In this document: positions 38,801 to 52,519 of the stretch, one piece after another | Layout of the letters: every line of letters starts with the position of its first letter | Position numbering within the stretch: position 1 is the stretch's first letter | Assembly: GCA_037379345.1 (NCBI GenBank) | Contig: CM074511.1 | Location: 62,812,862 to 62,876,861 of the forward strand | DNA length: 64,000 nt | From: Perna viridis | Taxonomy: Eukaryota | Direction of reading: 5' to 3' | Position numbers and translations under genes: made by a program | Notes under the pieces: model-generated | What the model saw: only the letters and a program-made list of their open reading frames with translations | Database searches by the model: none | Told to the model about the DNA's origin: nothing

Positions 38801-40703
38801 TTTGGGTTGTCACTCAGAATATGGGCAAAATTCCAGGATGGAAATTCCAATCATTTAAAAGCTGCGTTTCTTTAAAGAAAGAGTTTTCAGTTTTCGAAGT
38901 AAAGAAAATAGTACAAAGAAAATGCATTCAGAACAGGCTAAGGCATCTTTTGATGCAAGAATTGACAAACCAGAAGAAAATTCGTACAGTAAAAAAAGTA
39001 TGCAAAACAATAATATTGTTTATAATCATGTCTAGCTATATGTGGGAATTGTAGTCATACTGTGTGAACGTCAGGATTCGGATAAAAGTCGTTTTGATCG
39101 AATGGTCAGACTTTCTTATATAAAAAGATCACCACTGTAGATTAAATGACTATACAATCGTGGAGACCTATAATCTGAACGATCGTCGAAATTATACGGA
39201 TACTAGTTAAGGGACATAACAAAGCAGAGAGAACACGAACGAATATCAAAAGAAGGAAATGTATCAATCAAAGCAAACGCGCGCATACACACACACTCAC
39301 TCGCACACACACGCACACACACATACATTAATTTTATTGCGTTTAAAAAGTATAAATACCTACACGAGCTTCAAGCCGCAAGGACTAAATAATCTCCAGG
39401 GAGGCACTGAAGATGTACATCATGATGTATGTTTGAATTTTACATTGAACAATGGCGAACGCAAGCACTTTAGCAATCTTAACTTTGACGTATTAGTCTC
39501 AATAGTATTATAGCTAATAGTTAATTGTGAAGGTTGTACATTTGTGCTTGAACTGATGGATTTTTATTTCACCGATAGGTCCTGGAGTTATAAAACAACT
39601 TATAGCAGAGATAGAAAAGTCTGTTAAAGATATTGAAGAAAAGTACAAAGCAAAAGCGAAAGCTAAAAATGTAAGTATTTCAGCTATATTCATTTTCTCT
39701 ATTTTCAATTTAAAAGCATTTTCAATTTACAGGACTGGCATTGTTAGTCTATGGTTTCCGGTAGGGTTGATAAAATGCGTTATAATTTATATCAACTCCT
39801 GTTCCGTGCATCCAAAATTGTTTATAGACCCTTTTGTGCTAACTGTAGATTATTCGATGAGCATGCGCAGAGCATGCTCAATACACACTTCCGCGAGGAA
39901 AATTCTTTTGTTCTACCCAAGCCCTACCTCGCGGAAGTGTATACTGAGCATGCTCATTAACTTACCACAAATGGGTCTATTGAATTCTGTGTAAAAACAT
40001 CATTTTCTATTGGTCTTGGACCAGAAATCTGGATTATCTGGCAAGTCCTTTAAAGATTATAAAATTGGGAATTCCTTGCTTCCCTGTCAAGTTCGTGACA
40101 TGAATAAGTTGAAGAATTAGGACTGATTTGATACAGATTCCGCATGATGTGCTCAGTTTATGGCTGATGTACTCGGCTAATGGCTTGCCTTTCTATGGGG
40201 TGTTCCGAACGGTGTACTCAGGAAATGGCTTGCTTTTATTGGGTATTTCGTTCGTAAGTTAGCATATTTTCATAGACATGATAAATATTCCAACATCAAC
40301 TTTTGTAAGCTAGTCAACGAATAAAATTTGTTTGGCCTAGAGTCAAGAAGACTGTTCTCAAAATCACTAGTGTATCCCTCTAGAGTATCGGACTATAGCA
40401 ATACAAAGAAGAATCTTGTTGATTGATCAAATGTTCGCTTTCTGAATTGCCCACGAGGTAAAATTATAATCAGTCTATGAATCTACCAATGTCTGTTAAT
40501 AATGTTTGCAGGTAAATGGAAAGTTTCGAACAGGTCAAGGAAAACCTGGCGAACTGCTTGTCTCTGTATCAAAAGAAGTTAACGCAGCCATGATCATCAC
40601 CGGTTCAAGAGGCCTCGGTAAAATCAGACGGACCATTCTAGGAAGTGTTAGTGACTATGTTCTTCATCATGCCCATGTGCCTGTTATTGTTTGTAAATCA
40701 TAA
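32888..40703 (+). CDS. Universal stress protein A-like, copy 2
   Basis: Exons 32888-32960, 38551-38631, 39579-39670, 40512-40703. Protein MAANDKRVIVIGVDNSDFAEKAFDWY...GSRGLGKIRRTILGSVSDYVLHHAHVPVIVCKS*. Confidence 0.93.
34575..36560 (-). mobile_element. 5'-truncated CR1-group LINE (reverse transcriptase pseudogene) in USP copy 2 intron 1
   Basis: Frameshifted RT motifs SNYRPIAL, LLYKFQSG, RLFADDTSL, FNPAKT, and C-terminal LHTRLRHMSSTLKADLFR...CICG. The 3' end reads GGAGAAGAC...AATAAAATATGTTTAAAC(TAAAC)n. Confidence 0.9.
39824..39980. mobile_element. Small palindromic MITE in USP copy 2 intron 3
   Basis: Termini ATAGACCCTTTTGTG / CACAAATGGGTCTAT; inner IR GAGCATGCTCAATACACACTTCCGCGAGG / CCTCGCGGAAGTGTATACTGAGCATGCTC. 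Confidence 0.75.
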
Positions 40704-42300
40704 ATGTCGTTTTGACATGTAATTCTGAGTAACAGTGAAAAGGCTTTAGATCTATGTCTTGATGAAACGAAAACATAACTTTTATCATAAAATGCGAAAA
40801 TGCACATGAAAATGTGAAATTGACATCACTTAGTAATGATGTTGAAGTGAGATAAACCTAGTACATGAATATACATATTTATTGTGATGTTCTCCTGGAC
40901 AATTATTTTAATGCATAGAAACAAGAAGTCAAATTATTGCTTTAAGTTAAATAAAGTTTTATAGACATCTTATTGTACATTGGTCATAAACATGTACGTA
41001 ATACATGCATTAGTAGTACAGTACACATGTTCAATTGTAAAGACCACGAAGTTTTAAAGTCTGCACGAGCATGTTTAAGACGAATGGTGTTGGTGTGCCT
41101 TCCCCAAAAATGATAGAGCACGGGTTGAAATGGTACAATAAGGGAAAGCAATGGACAAACTGAGTTTAGTAATACAGCATAAGTGTAAACATAATACACA
41201 CTTTCATCTAGTAGTACAAATAATCAATAATTGCTCTCCGAAAACTTCCACCTTTACACGGCGACTTACACTCCTTCGAATTTTAAAGGCTGAATTTTTG
41301 CATAAAACACACCCTTAGGATTTGAACATAAGTATTTCAGTGACAGATATTTGTTTTAAGACTGAACAAGAGGAATTAATATTACACCATGCTTAGGATC
41401 CTTACTTGTTTTAAATTTTGTTTCTCCAACCGGAATGAAGACCCATTATAGAAGAACTGGAAATGAAATAATAGAAAACTTGAACTACTCGTTAAGTAAA
41501 TTATTCTGTCCAGTAGAAATGAGTAATTAGATGAGACAAATGCGACCAAAATTATGGGCGTATTAACGGATACGATTATTGTAATATACAGAGTTCAAAT
41601 TTATCAGCCAATAAATGATGTTATTTAAGACAGACAAAAAGTATCAGATTTTTTAAATACAGTAACCCCTCTTACGAATAAGGGATACAAAAGTAGTAAC
41701 GGAGTATCTGAAACAAATAGAAAAGAATGAAAATATGATTAGGATGGGATATTGGAACCCCAGAAAATAGTTAATTTAGTAATGAAATAGTCCTTAAAAG
41801 GTGCTTCAGCAATGTGTAAAACATAGAAAACTCATTCGACCTATGAATTCACATGTATAAATAATCACAGAGGAAAAACAATACGATCAATCGAAAGAAG
41901 CACCGATTCATCATCTGTTTTTAACCAAGATATTGCGTGCACATCCGGTGATCAGTCGTTTCTAATCCTATCATTTTTTAAATATAAAACGTGTATGTGA
42001 AAAACCTTGAAAAAATGCTTAGAAGAACTTTTTTCAACCATTAAATTACTTTTTGTTAATCAAACAAAGTTTATCTTTGTACAGAAAGTTGCAGGAACAA
42101 AAAACTATACCTTAGCTTGCTGCATGGACCTTAATTTGATCTATGACCTTGATTTCCCGCGGACCTAACATGTCCTAGTTTTCAATAGAAAATAGGATGC
42201 ATTCAATAGAATGCAAAATTCAGAACCGATGGAAGGAATGTCTCGTTATCCTCTCTCTTTCTCGTGTTTTTCTGATAGGTAGAAGCGTGTTTGTTTTAAG

Positions 42301-42721
42301 AGGCGATGAATTAGTCAAAATTATTATTATTCAAGGAGGAACTGAAATATGCATGGAGGTTCTCAATTATTTCGAACCTCCACAATTCGATTTTAGGAGC
42401 TCCTCAAATATTTCTGAATCTCCACAACTCGATTTCAAGACCTCAACGATACGATTTCAGGAGCTCCTCATATATTTCTGGACTTTCACTCTTCGAGTAC
42501 AGAACCTCCATGAATTCGATTTCATAATCTTCTTTAATATTTCTGCACGGACCCCTAAAATACAATGTAATAAGTTATTAATGGAGGTCATAAATACAAT
42601 TGTGGAGGCCAAGGCATTGAGGAGCTGCTGAAATCGAATTTTAGTGGTCCAGAAATAACTGAAGACCATGAATATTATAGGACCTCCTTAAATGATAATA
42701 ATTTTGACTAATTCCGCGCCT
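42301..42721. mobile_element. MITE with long imperfect TIRs
   Basis: AGGCGATGAATTAGTCAAAATTATTAT... at the left matches the reverse complement of ...ATAATAATTTTGACTAATTCCGCGCCT over roughly 100 bp. Confidence 0.75.
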
Positions 42722-43356
42722 AACATATTTGAACAAAAAGCATTAACATTCAAAATTGCAGGTAGGTTCGCCAACCATAATCGATAAATATTCCATTTTT
42801 AATTTGAAAGTCTATATTGTTTAATATAGTTTACTAGTAATTAAATCTTATTTAAAAATGTATGGTTTTATCACCATATGTGGTGAGACAAATTTTCATA
42901 CATTAATTAATCACCTTAAATGATTACCATACTTATTTTATGTAAGGTCACAACCAGATCAAGAACATTCTTTGTTACCAATTTTCCATTATAAGAATTC
43001 GAAATATGTTTGTGCGCATAATGTTTTAAACGAATTAAAGAAAGATGCAGTTACATTATATAGAATCACAACATATATCATTTATAGCCATTTACAACAT
43101 AATAAACTAAGAAGTTTATCGTTGGTATTTACCTTTTGACATGTAAGATACATGCGCAAAAAAACATTTTTGTTTGTGTACACAGCGAGTCCTTGGATCT
43201 TTGTTGTTGTATTCAATAGTTTTTACATACCAGATATAACCAGCTTTTCACTGTTGAACTGAAGATAATTCACCCGAATCTCTCGGTCTTTTATGAATAT
43301 TCATAGATGCATTGCTGACTGTGCTTGTCCAAATACTGTCACAGCATACAACAGCG

Positions 43357-46329
43357 ATGGCTGGAAAGGTAGTGGCTATTCCCGTGGATGGTAGCGATAA
43401 TTCAGACTTCGCTTTAGACTGTAAGTATACTTTTTTTCTGCTGATGAATTTTGATATTTATACTTGTTCAGATGACAGGTGCGCTATAAATATAACGAAT
43501 ATTTTGCAATGAACCGTTGAAGGGTCGTTATAAAATATGCCGTACTCAGAGCCGATAGAAATTGCAATTCTATAACCAAACGGAAAGAAGAAAATATATT
43601 TTGAATTGTAAAACAAGTTAAAACACGTCGTACACAAATTGAGCTGATGCATTGGACAGCTGTTGGAATCCCCACAAAATCCTACAAGAGGAATCGGTAT
43701 GTACTGATGGTTTTATTGAAGAGAGTGTGTATATATATACGAGTATGACTATGAATTATAAGTAGAAAACTAAGCAGGACACGAATACACATGTAAACAT
43801 TATCGACGTCGGTGTCTCTTTACAGTAACAATAGTACAGTACTATTAAATCTACTTTCTTTTGTTGAATTCAACGACAGAACTTAATTCAGAGGGTCAAC
43901 AGTAGTGACGTAGTAAGAATTAACCAATACAAAAATATCAAACTGGTAGAAACAAACGACTTAGTTGATATAATAATGTCCGAAACCCATCACAAAACTA
44001 AACATGAACTGATTTCTTTTTTGACAAATACGTTTGGTATACCATGAATTCGAGATTTTATTGATTACGAACGAAAAATCTACGTATTGTGTTTATCAGG
44101 CATTTGTGTTTTTTCCCACATTACTGTTTCAAATTATTAATTAATCAACTATATCGACAATGCACGCAGCTAGCTCAAGCTATAAAAATAGTATTTAGAT
44201 TTAGAATTTGCGACTTAAGCAACGTTTTAAACATTGCTTTTCAGTCTATGAGAAAAATGTCCGGGCGTCTACTGACAAGGTGATTTTGATACACATTCCA
44301 CAGCTTTATTCCTTGACAGATGCAAGTAAGTCACCTTTGATAGCTATAAAAGCAAGATTATTTGACAAAGAGGTGACAAACCTTCTAATAAAAATTCTTG
44401 CGAAACGCAAAACAAGGGTTATATTTAAAGCTCTGAAATCAAAAGATGTATACTCTTTGTGTATCAAATCGAAGTAAATTTACAACACATACATTTAAAT
44501 TATATATTCTCTTCTTATATCATCTCACCTACATTTGGGAGATATTTAAAAACCCCTTCTTAAGAAAAGACATGTGATAACTTTATGTTGTGATAGTTAT
44601 TCATCTATAAAATACTGTTTAAATAAAAGGTCACCATTGTGGCACTGCAGACATGAAATTTATGCGAATATCAAATGCTCATAAAACGAAAGAATATATA
44701 GATGCTGATACATTTATCAGTAACGATATAAATCGCAAATGATAAATTCTTTTCTACTAATGTGAAATTTTGACTTAAAAAAATTAAGTAAAACAATCAG
44801 AACATGATTTGAGGCTAAGGTGTCTGGATGCGATCTTTTTCAGAGGATCAACACTTGGTTCGAAAAAAAAGAATGCATAGTATAATAGACACATGATGGT
44901 AGCACTGACATACATGTACATGCATATTACCCACCTAAATCTGTTTTACAATGATCCAAACAAATAGATAGTGTGACACCATGTGACACGTAGTGCTTAG
45001 TGCGGCAACTTGGAAAATCCGTTGCCTCACCAATCATAGATTGTCACTTTATAAACTGAAAAACACAAACAACCAAACAAAAAAGAACATTATATTGAGT
45101 ATTTGCGTAGACAATTTTATAACACACGAGCATTAGAGTTCATATAAACAGGCCAATATTATATGTATTATTATAATTCTGTGATATTTCTATTATCGGT
45201 TTGGAATCTGAAATTTCTTTGAAAACAAAATCTGATTGAAGGTTGTGTTAGATCATGGATAGTTGTGGTGTACTCTTACTATTACTTTGATTGCGAATTC
45301 TACATCTGTTTTACAAGACAAATCTTAATTGAAATGAAAAAAATATGGAAAACTTGTCCCGCACTTTGTCACCCTGAAACCTCAAGATTAAATCTCGTCA
45401 TTTCCAAAAGCATTGTTTTATCGATTGAAGGTCCGGGTGTTATCAACGACTTAGTAAAGAAAATGATGGACTCAGCTAACAAAGTTAAAAAACAATACGA
45501 AGATAAACTGAAAGAACGTGGGGTGAGTTAAACCTATATTACCATCATGCTTCCTCTTGTAGTTGTCTTCAATAAAGGCTCGTGGCCCCAAATTGACAAG
45601 GCCCATACTCTATACAATTAGCACTATTTAGGCTTCATTTTAATGGAATAATAATGGACCTGGTTGATGTCAAGTTTGTTGACTTAAGCTTTGTTATGTA
45701 TTTAGTATGATAAAGGCCTTTTTACTTTCTTTTTTTAACCGTTTACACTTCGGAAAGCGCCTTGCAAACTCTCCGTCTTTTTTGTTAAAGAGGACGGAGA
45801 TCTTCTTGTTTGTTGGTCACAGAAGTTGACATGTACCGCATTGTGTTTTTTACACCTTAAGTCTGTCATAGCTTCTGAATGAACGTATTTTTCATTGGTC
45901 CAGTGGTAACTCTTCCCAAGGACATCAAAATTGACAGCAGCTGCTTCTTTTCAAACTTTTTCATATTTGAGATAAGATGATAAATGGTTTGCTTGTAAAG
46001 AGTAAGAAAAGTGTGTTTAAGCGGGTAACACGTTTTCCTTTGGCTTGTTGGAATATAATTGTTATGGATCTGTTAAACCATCCAGCTTACAAGTTTCAAT
46101 TTAACCTTTGACTCTTTTTTTTTAGATAGAAGGAGAGGTAAAAGTTGGTTTAGGAGAAGCAGGAGAACAAATATGTGCCTTTGCTGCCAAATTCGACGCA
46201 ACCATTATAGTAATGGGGTCACGTGGTCTTGGTAAAATACGACGGACATTTTTGGGCAGTGTCAGTGATTACGTTTTGCATCATGCTCATGTACCCGTTT
46301 TGATCTGTCGACCACCCCATACCAAATAA
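43357..46329 (+). CDS. Universal stress protein A-like, copy 3
   Basis: Exons 43357-43420, 44245-44325, 45431-45522, 46126-46329. Protein MAGKVVAIPVDGSDNSDFALDFY...GSRGLGKIRRTFLGSVSDYVLHHAHVPVLICRPPHTK*. Confidence 0.93.
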
Positions 46330-47404
46330 CAGAGACAAAGGCCAAGTCCACTTTGTAATTTATAACCTTGCAATATAAATGTTTACTAAAGTTTGAAGTA
46401 TGAACTAACAAAATTTATGTATTGTCGTAACCATGGTATACTTTTCACCATTTTGTTCATAACTTGTCTCATATTATAGGTAGTATATATATATGAAGTA
46501 TTTGTCTTGTATATTTTGTATGTTACAGGTTTTACTCAACAAATCCTATACCAAACAGGTTCTTTCTTGTTTTCTGCTTTTTAAAGCCTTTCGATTTGTC
46601 TTGGTAATGTAGAACTGTCATATGCATTAACTGATGGAGGATATCTGTCTTCCGAAATATCACATATGATTTTTGTCATCTTCTGGTGATGTTGAACATA
46701 TCAAGACGTTTATTTAAGTTTATGTTATGTCCTGAATTACTCTCTCACTGGTAACAATTTTTCGTCTTTTTTTAAATGAAAAATATTAATTTTGTAATTT
46801 AATTACCGGTATCAACTTAAAGGTAAAAGGTAAATTTATATCTAATTCCGACCAACAGCTACATTTAGAAAATGGTCAATTACAATGTATGCAAGTTCAT
46901 TTTATGCATAGGCTTGGGTATTTTTCTTTTTTTTTCTCTCTGTTTTAAAATCGGCATGTAATACGTTGTAATTGAAAATCTCGACTAACTGAAGTCAGGC
47001 TTATATTATAACCCTTACCATCAATTAGCCATTTCCATCAGAACCCTAAACATTCCTTGCGGACAGACTGGTCTGTCTCGGATCAGTGTCACTGATAATT
47101 CTGTATTCTTAGAGAATATGTGATCCAGTTTAGTCTAAGGAAAAATTTTCAATTTGATGCCAAATGCCGAACAATTTAAAGAAAATGTTCACACGACCTA
47201 CTAAAATCATTGATAAAATAAAAAATGTAGAGCTGTGCTGTGCAAATAAACAAAAATAACCGGAAAATAAAGCAAAAACAGGAACATAAAAAAAGAAAAC
47301 AAAAACAAGCAAAAAAAAAACCAAAAAACAAACAAACAAACAAACAAAATTATCTGTCAAAACTCTTTTTTTTTCAATGAACTGTTAATTGATGACTCAA
47401 TAGT

Positions 47405-47690
47405 TTAAACTTTTGAAAGAGCAATCAAGGGAACCAAGATTCTGGCGGAACATAAAAGAATGTTATCCATGGACAAAGACCAGACATGGAAAACATGCAC
47501 ACACAAAAAAGAACAAGAACATAAAATAACCAAAATAATATATACAAAGTAGCAAAAGTAACTGAACAACTCGGACTCCCTTACAAACTGGGAGTGTGGA
47601 CCAGGTGCACCGGTAGGGTAAGCGTCCTCTGCTGAGACGATACGCTTGGTGTTTAAGTCTATTTGGAGGTAGCACGTGATAATAGGAAAG
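47405..47690 (-). repeat. Dispersed repeat; related copy at ~29600-29810
   Basis: Both loci share GTAAGCGTCCTCTGCT, CAAACTGGG and CAGG(T/C)G(C/A)ACCGGTA. Confidence 0.55.
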
Positions 47691-48248
47691 ATATTGGCAA
47701 TGATCAACATTATATAGCTGGTCTGATATTATATAAGACCTAAAACCATAGACATTGTTGAAAATTACAGAGGTGTATTATCCTCAGTTCTGAAACGCTT
47801 CAAACATTTGCAATTATGATAAAGCAGGTGCAAGAAATTTTTCTACGATACTTCAAAGGTATATGGAAAAAGTATGATGGAGAATATAGACGCTGGAAGG
47901 GGATGAAAAGAATGAGGACTCCATGCTTTTTATGGTCAATTTTGGCAAACAAATAAACGTTATTATCAATTTTTTTATAAACAAAAATGATCTCCAATCA
48001 CTACCCCATCCCTGAATCCACCAACACATTTACAAAGACTGATACTAGCAAGTACTGTGACATGTTCTGCATATCAATATGTTGCGCTACGATGAAACGA
48101 GATCAATAATATACTTCGATTTTCATATCAACTGTCAATACAACTGTGTGATAAATAAATTAGCGACCTCTATGTGTTAAAGGATTCTTTGTAAACGAGG
48201 CGTATATCCAGTCCCGGTGAAGGTCGATTCCACAATCCCCAGGTGAAT

Positions 48249-50389
48249 ATGGCTGATGGAAGTAGAATCGTAGCAGTGGCTGTGGATGGAAGCGTTCACA
48301 GTGACAATGCTTTTAACTGTAAGTATGCTTTTATCAAATAATCAATAGTTATGAAGTAACGAGAATATGAGTAGTTTCTTAATTGCGGAATATTTTACCA
48401 ATTAAACTGCTAAAGATCGTTTCCAGTAAGCTTGATTGTTTGCAAAATAACGTATTTTCGATATTAGAAAATTGATTAATTTTGATACACATTCTGTCCA
48501 TGAACATTCTGTTAATAAAATAAACAAGAGTGATGTACTCGGACATGTTTATGAATTAAGAAACATTTAAATTTCATTTTGTTTGTCATATTAGAATTTT
48601 AAAGTATTATATAGTAGTGTGGGCTAGTTTCTCGAGTACTCTATAATGTGTAGTGTGTGTAAACCAATAATCTTTAAAACTGTGTTATTTTTCACGGCCA
48701 CGTGGTTTTCATATTTTGATATTACTCAAATGCGCCAGTGCATGGAAACAACTCGGTAAACGAGTGTATACTTTAAAACAAACTACATCTATTTTCAGAT
48801 TATGTCAGTGGAGTTCGAATGTCCAACGATCACCTTGTACTTATCCATGTACCTGAAGATTACAACTTTACCGACGCAAGTACGGGTCGGATATTTTTTT
48901 GATAGCACATTTTCTAACTCTGGTTTCTTTCTAATCATAACCACGATGTATTTAATGCCTTCTGCTACGATGGTACAGTCCCATGACGTATATACAGAAC
49001 AAACTAAATAGCTTTGATGGTCGAAACGGATCGTTGTGGTATGCAACTGCATAATTATCCCGAGATTTTGGAAAGGGATGTGGGTTGCAGCCTACTTCTA
49101 TTAATTGCCCATTTTGCCCCCCCCCCACACACAAAAAAAAAAAATTAAAAAAATGCACGGAATTAAAAAAAAATAAAATAAAAAGGGGATGGAGGGTATT
49201 CAAATACCCGAAACCGCTTCCTGTCTTCACCACTTGATACTTTTTGTATGTAACAAACTTTTTAGGTTAACTTTTAAAACTGTTAAGTAGTACTCCACAT
49301 AAGAATCATGGAAAGTGTTATTCATGGTGGGAAAGCTGAAATATTTCTATTTTTTGATATTTAGTAGTTTAAAATGTCATAGTAAACAAAAAGTAACGTG
49401 GCTTTTCATATAGCCCTTGTTCATAGGAGAAAAAGATTATAAAGAATGCACTGTAGAATTCAAAACTAAGGGAGATAACTCTGCAAATGACACTAAAATA
49501 CAATAAAATCTGTTGGATTTTCAATGTTGATTATCTCTTGAAAGCAAATAGATTGGAATGAATAATCATACATTTCATCATATGGACCTATAAAGCAACT
49601 TAAAAACAAAAAAATAAAATATGCAGCCTTTTTTGGGGTGTAGCACATATCACACAATTTGCATGATTCTTACAAAGTCTGCTACTTAAAATTGTACTAC
49701 AGGCAGTAAAAATCATCTCTGCAACATCTTTGGCTTGAAAACATCTTTTTTTTTAATTAATTAGAAAATAATAAGTTTTAAGTGTAAAACATGTCTATAT
49801 GGTTTAAACTATAACATTTTTATTGACTGATTGATTGATTGATTGATTAACTAACTGACTTCTTATTGACAGGTCCAGGAGTTATTGAATCCTTGCTGCG
49901 TAAAATTACAGTGAAGGCAAAGGAGCTGGAAAAACAGTATACTGAAAAACTGAAAGGCCTAGATGTAAGTTCTCGCTGTTTTTTTCGGAAAACAGAGACC
50001 ATGCAACGACCTGCTGTCTCTTTATCTGCTGTCGGTCCCTCGATAATACTGTATACAATATAAGTATACAATATAAGATGATAGCACGATATGCCAATAT
50101 GCCATATGTGGTCTTACAGGTCTGAACGAAAAGAATGTTTTTTTTTCTTTTTTAATTTTTATTTCAGATTAGCTATAAGTTCGAAATTGGATTTGGTAGT
50201 CCCGGTGAACAGATTGTCCGCATTGCAGAAAAGTCTAAAGCTTCTATGATTTTGGTTGGCTCACGTGGGCATGGATGGTTGCGGAGGACTGTCTTAGGCA
50301 GTGTCAGTAGTTATGTACTCCACCATACATCGATTCCCGTCCTTGTCTGTAAACATTTTGAGCAGCTAGAACCGGAAGCCAAGAAGTGA
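48249..50389 (+). CDS. Universal stress protein A-like, copy 4
   Basis: Exons 48249-48318, 48799-48879, 49873-49964, 50168-50389. Protein MADGSRIVAVAVDGSVHSDNAFNYY...GSRGHGWLRRTVLGSVSSYVLHHTSIPVLVCKHFEQLEPEAKK*. Confidence 0.92.
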
Positions 50390-50869
50390 GCAGAAGTGGC
50401 GATTTACATTCATTCAAATACAGTGGAATTGTTTGTTGTACAGAGGAGTATAGTCTCAGTCTCAGATTAAAAAAAAAGTCCTGATCCAAATATATTTTAT
50501 TTACCAATTATCAGACCTCATTTTCACTTTTTTTTTATTAATAAGCAAATATGTTTGTAGGTTCTTCGTTGCAATTCGTTGTATTCACTGAGAAGTGAAA
50601 GGAGTAAGCGCCAGTTTCCGAATAACACTTATGCATTCATTTGTATTTTAGTATATGATATTAACAGTGAGATCTCAGGGACATCCACAGTACAATTTTT
50701 TAAAACTGATTTTTTTGTATGTTAATGTACTGCTATTGTAAACATAAACTAAGTTACTATATATCTTACTGTTATATGTTCTTTAGCTCATCAACAATTT
50801 TAATTGAAAATCTTCACAAATATCATTAAATGTCAATTTTTTTTTTTTAAATTTTTGATCCAGCATCAT

Positions 50870-51472
50870 CAGTAAGGTTTAGTCAATCTTGTCTGCGATC
50901 AATGATTTAAAAGCATGTCATTGACTTTTTATCTCATCAAAGTGTTCTGCATGATCAGATCTATCTGTGATTAAATTTTCGTTTTAATCTGTGAAGCCAT
51001 GTTCGAGTTGTTGCCCTTTTTTGACGTTTTTTTTCTTCTCACCTGAAACTGCTCGACCAATCTGAACTAAACTTGGTATAAATGACCCTTAGGGTGTGCT
51101 GCACAGATCTAATGTGAATTTAGCCAAAGTCTGTCCTCGTTAAAAATATTGAGCATGATGAGATCTATCTGTGGGCAATTTGTTGTTTTATTTTGTGAAG
51201 CTGTGTTGCAGTTTTTGCCCTTTTTCTACATTTTCCTTATTATTAATCCAATTTCTTTCAAAATAAACCATAGGGATCAGACAGAAGTTTTTCGCATATA
51301 CCTCCAAAACCGTTAAGTTTAGCCAAATTGCCGAAATGATCTTCATTACAAAGCCTACAAAAGTCTGGGTCAAAGTTGTCAAAATTGTCAGACCACTCTT
51401 TGTTAGAGTCATTGCCCTTGAAAGGCAGAAATTTAACCAGGTGAGCGATTCAGGGTACTGTGATCCTCTTGT
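50870..51472 (+). mobile_element. Partial HINE-like element, same family as 8471-9691
   Basis: Shares GCATGATGAGATCTATCTGTG repeats and ends CCAGGTGAGCGATTCAGGGTACTGTGATCCTCTTGT. Confidence 0.65.
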
Positions 51473-51693
51473 CCCAAATATTTTATGCAATTTGATCAAT
51501 TGTATTCCTATATCCTATAGCTACTTTAAGGTTGACTTACATTAAAAGAACAAAAGTTTACTATTTACTGCGGTCTGCTATATGAAAATAGGATTTTGTC
51601 TGTCAGGTTGTACTTTTTATAGAGCCTTTAAGAGGTAAAGATATGTTGATGCAAAACAGCAGAATTTACAGAAACTATTATTACTTATAGGTT

Positions 51694-51815
51694 ATGTCGA
51701 TAAAATATATCTGGACTGGGAAAATCCTGATGTCGATAAAATATATCTGGACTGGGAAAATCAAATCCTGATGTCGATAAAATATATCTGGACTGGGAAA
51801 ATCAAATCCTGATGT
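51694..51815. repeat. 36-41-bp tandem repeat, 3 copies
   Basis: Unit ATGTCGATAAAATATATCTGGACTGGGAAAATC(AAATC)CTG. Confidence 0.9.
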
Positions 51816-52519
51816 CATCAAGGTCACTACTAGACAAGATATTATTAAATAAGAAATATCGATTTCGGCCGAAACGTCACCAACACAATAACATGACACT
51901 GATTAATTCACTACATGATAACCATTTATATATACAGGGTATCCTTACTAGATTTAACAGTAATGAAGTGATAACAATTTTAGAACTTTTGGGAAAAACA
52001 AACGAGGCCCAGTAAATCAAAACCAAGTAATCTTCGATCCCTATATATATATCCATTCAGATTTGGTGGTGTCTTTGATGCTCGTCGGTTTAACACTGTC
52101 TTTTTACATTTTTTGTTTTTATCTGCGTCACCAAAGATAAAAACAGGTCTAGTAATCGCTCGAATTGGTGCGTCCGTCCGTCTGTCACGCTTATGGGTAC
52201 GGTACCTACTTTGTGTAATTTGTAACTAAAAAGTATAAATTAAATATTATTCAAACTTTGCACTGTGTTTATATACATATTGGAGGTGTAAACCCCTTTT
52301 ATGAAGACATTTTATTATTTTCCCTGATATTTTCGGCGTCTTGAACTTAGCCGTATTTAGTCACTTTATAGTGACGATATCTTCCTTGTGAAATCTGTAA
52401 AACAAAGTACGCACATATTGCATCAATTTGTATCGATTGTTTATATTTTCACTCTTCGAATTAAATATAGATGAATAGATGGAAAGAACGAAGGCGACTT
52501 CAAAAGAATATAACTTATG

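Noticed and set aside
28040-50389. USP genes as bacterial contamination or recent horizontal transfer
   Set aside because: All four have canonical spliceosomal introns at conserved positions and host-like base composition.
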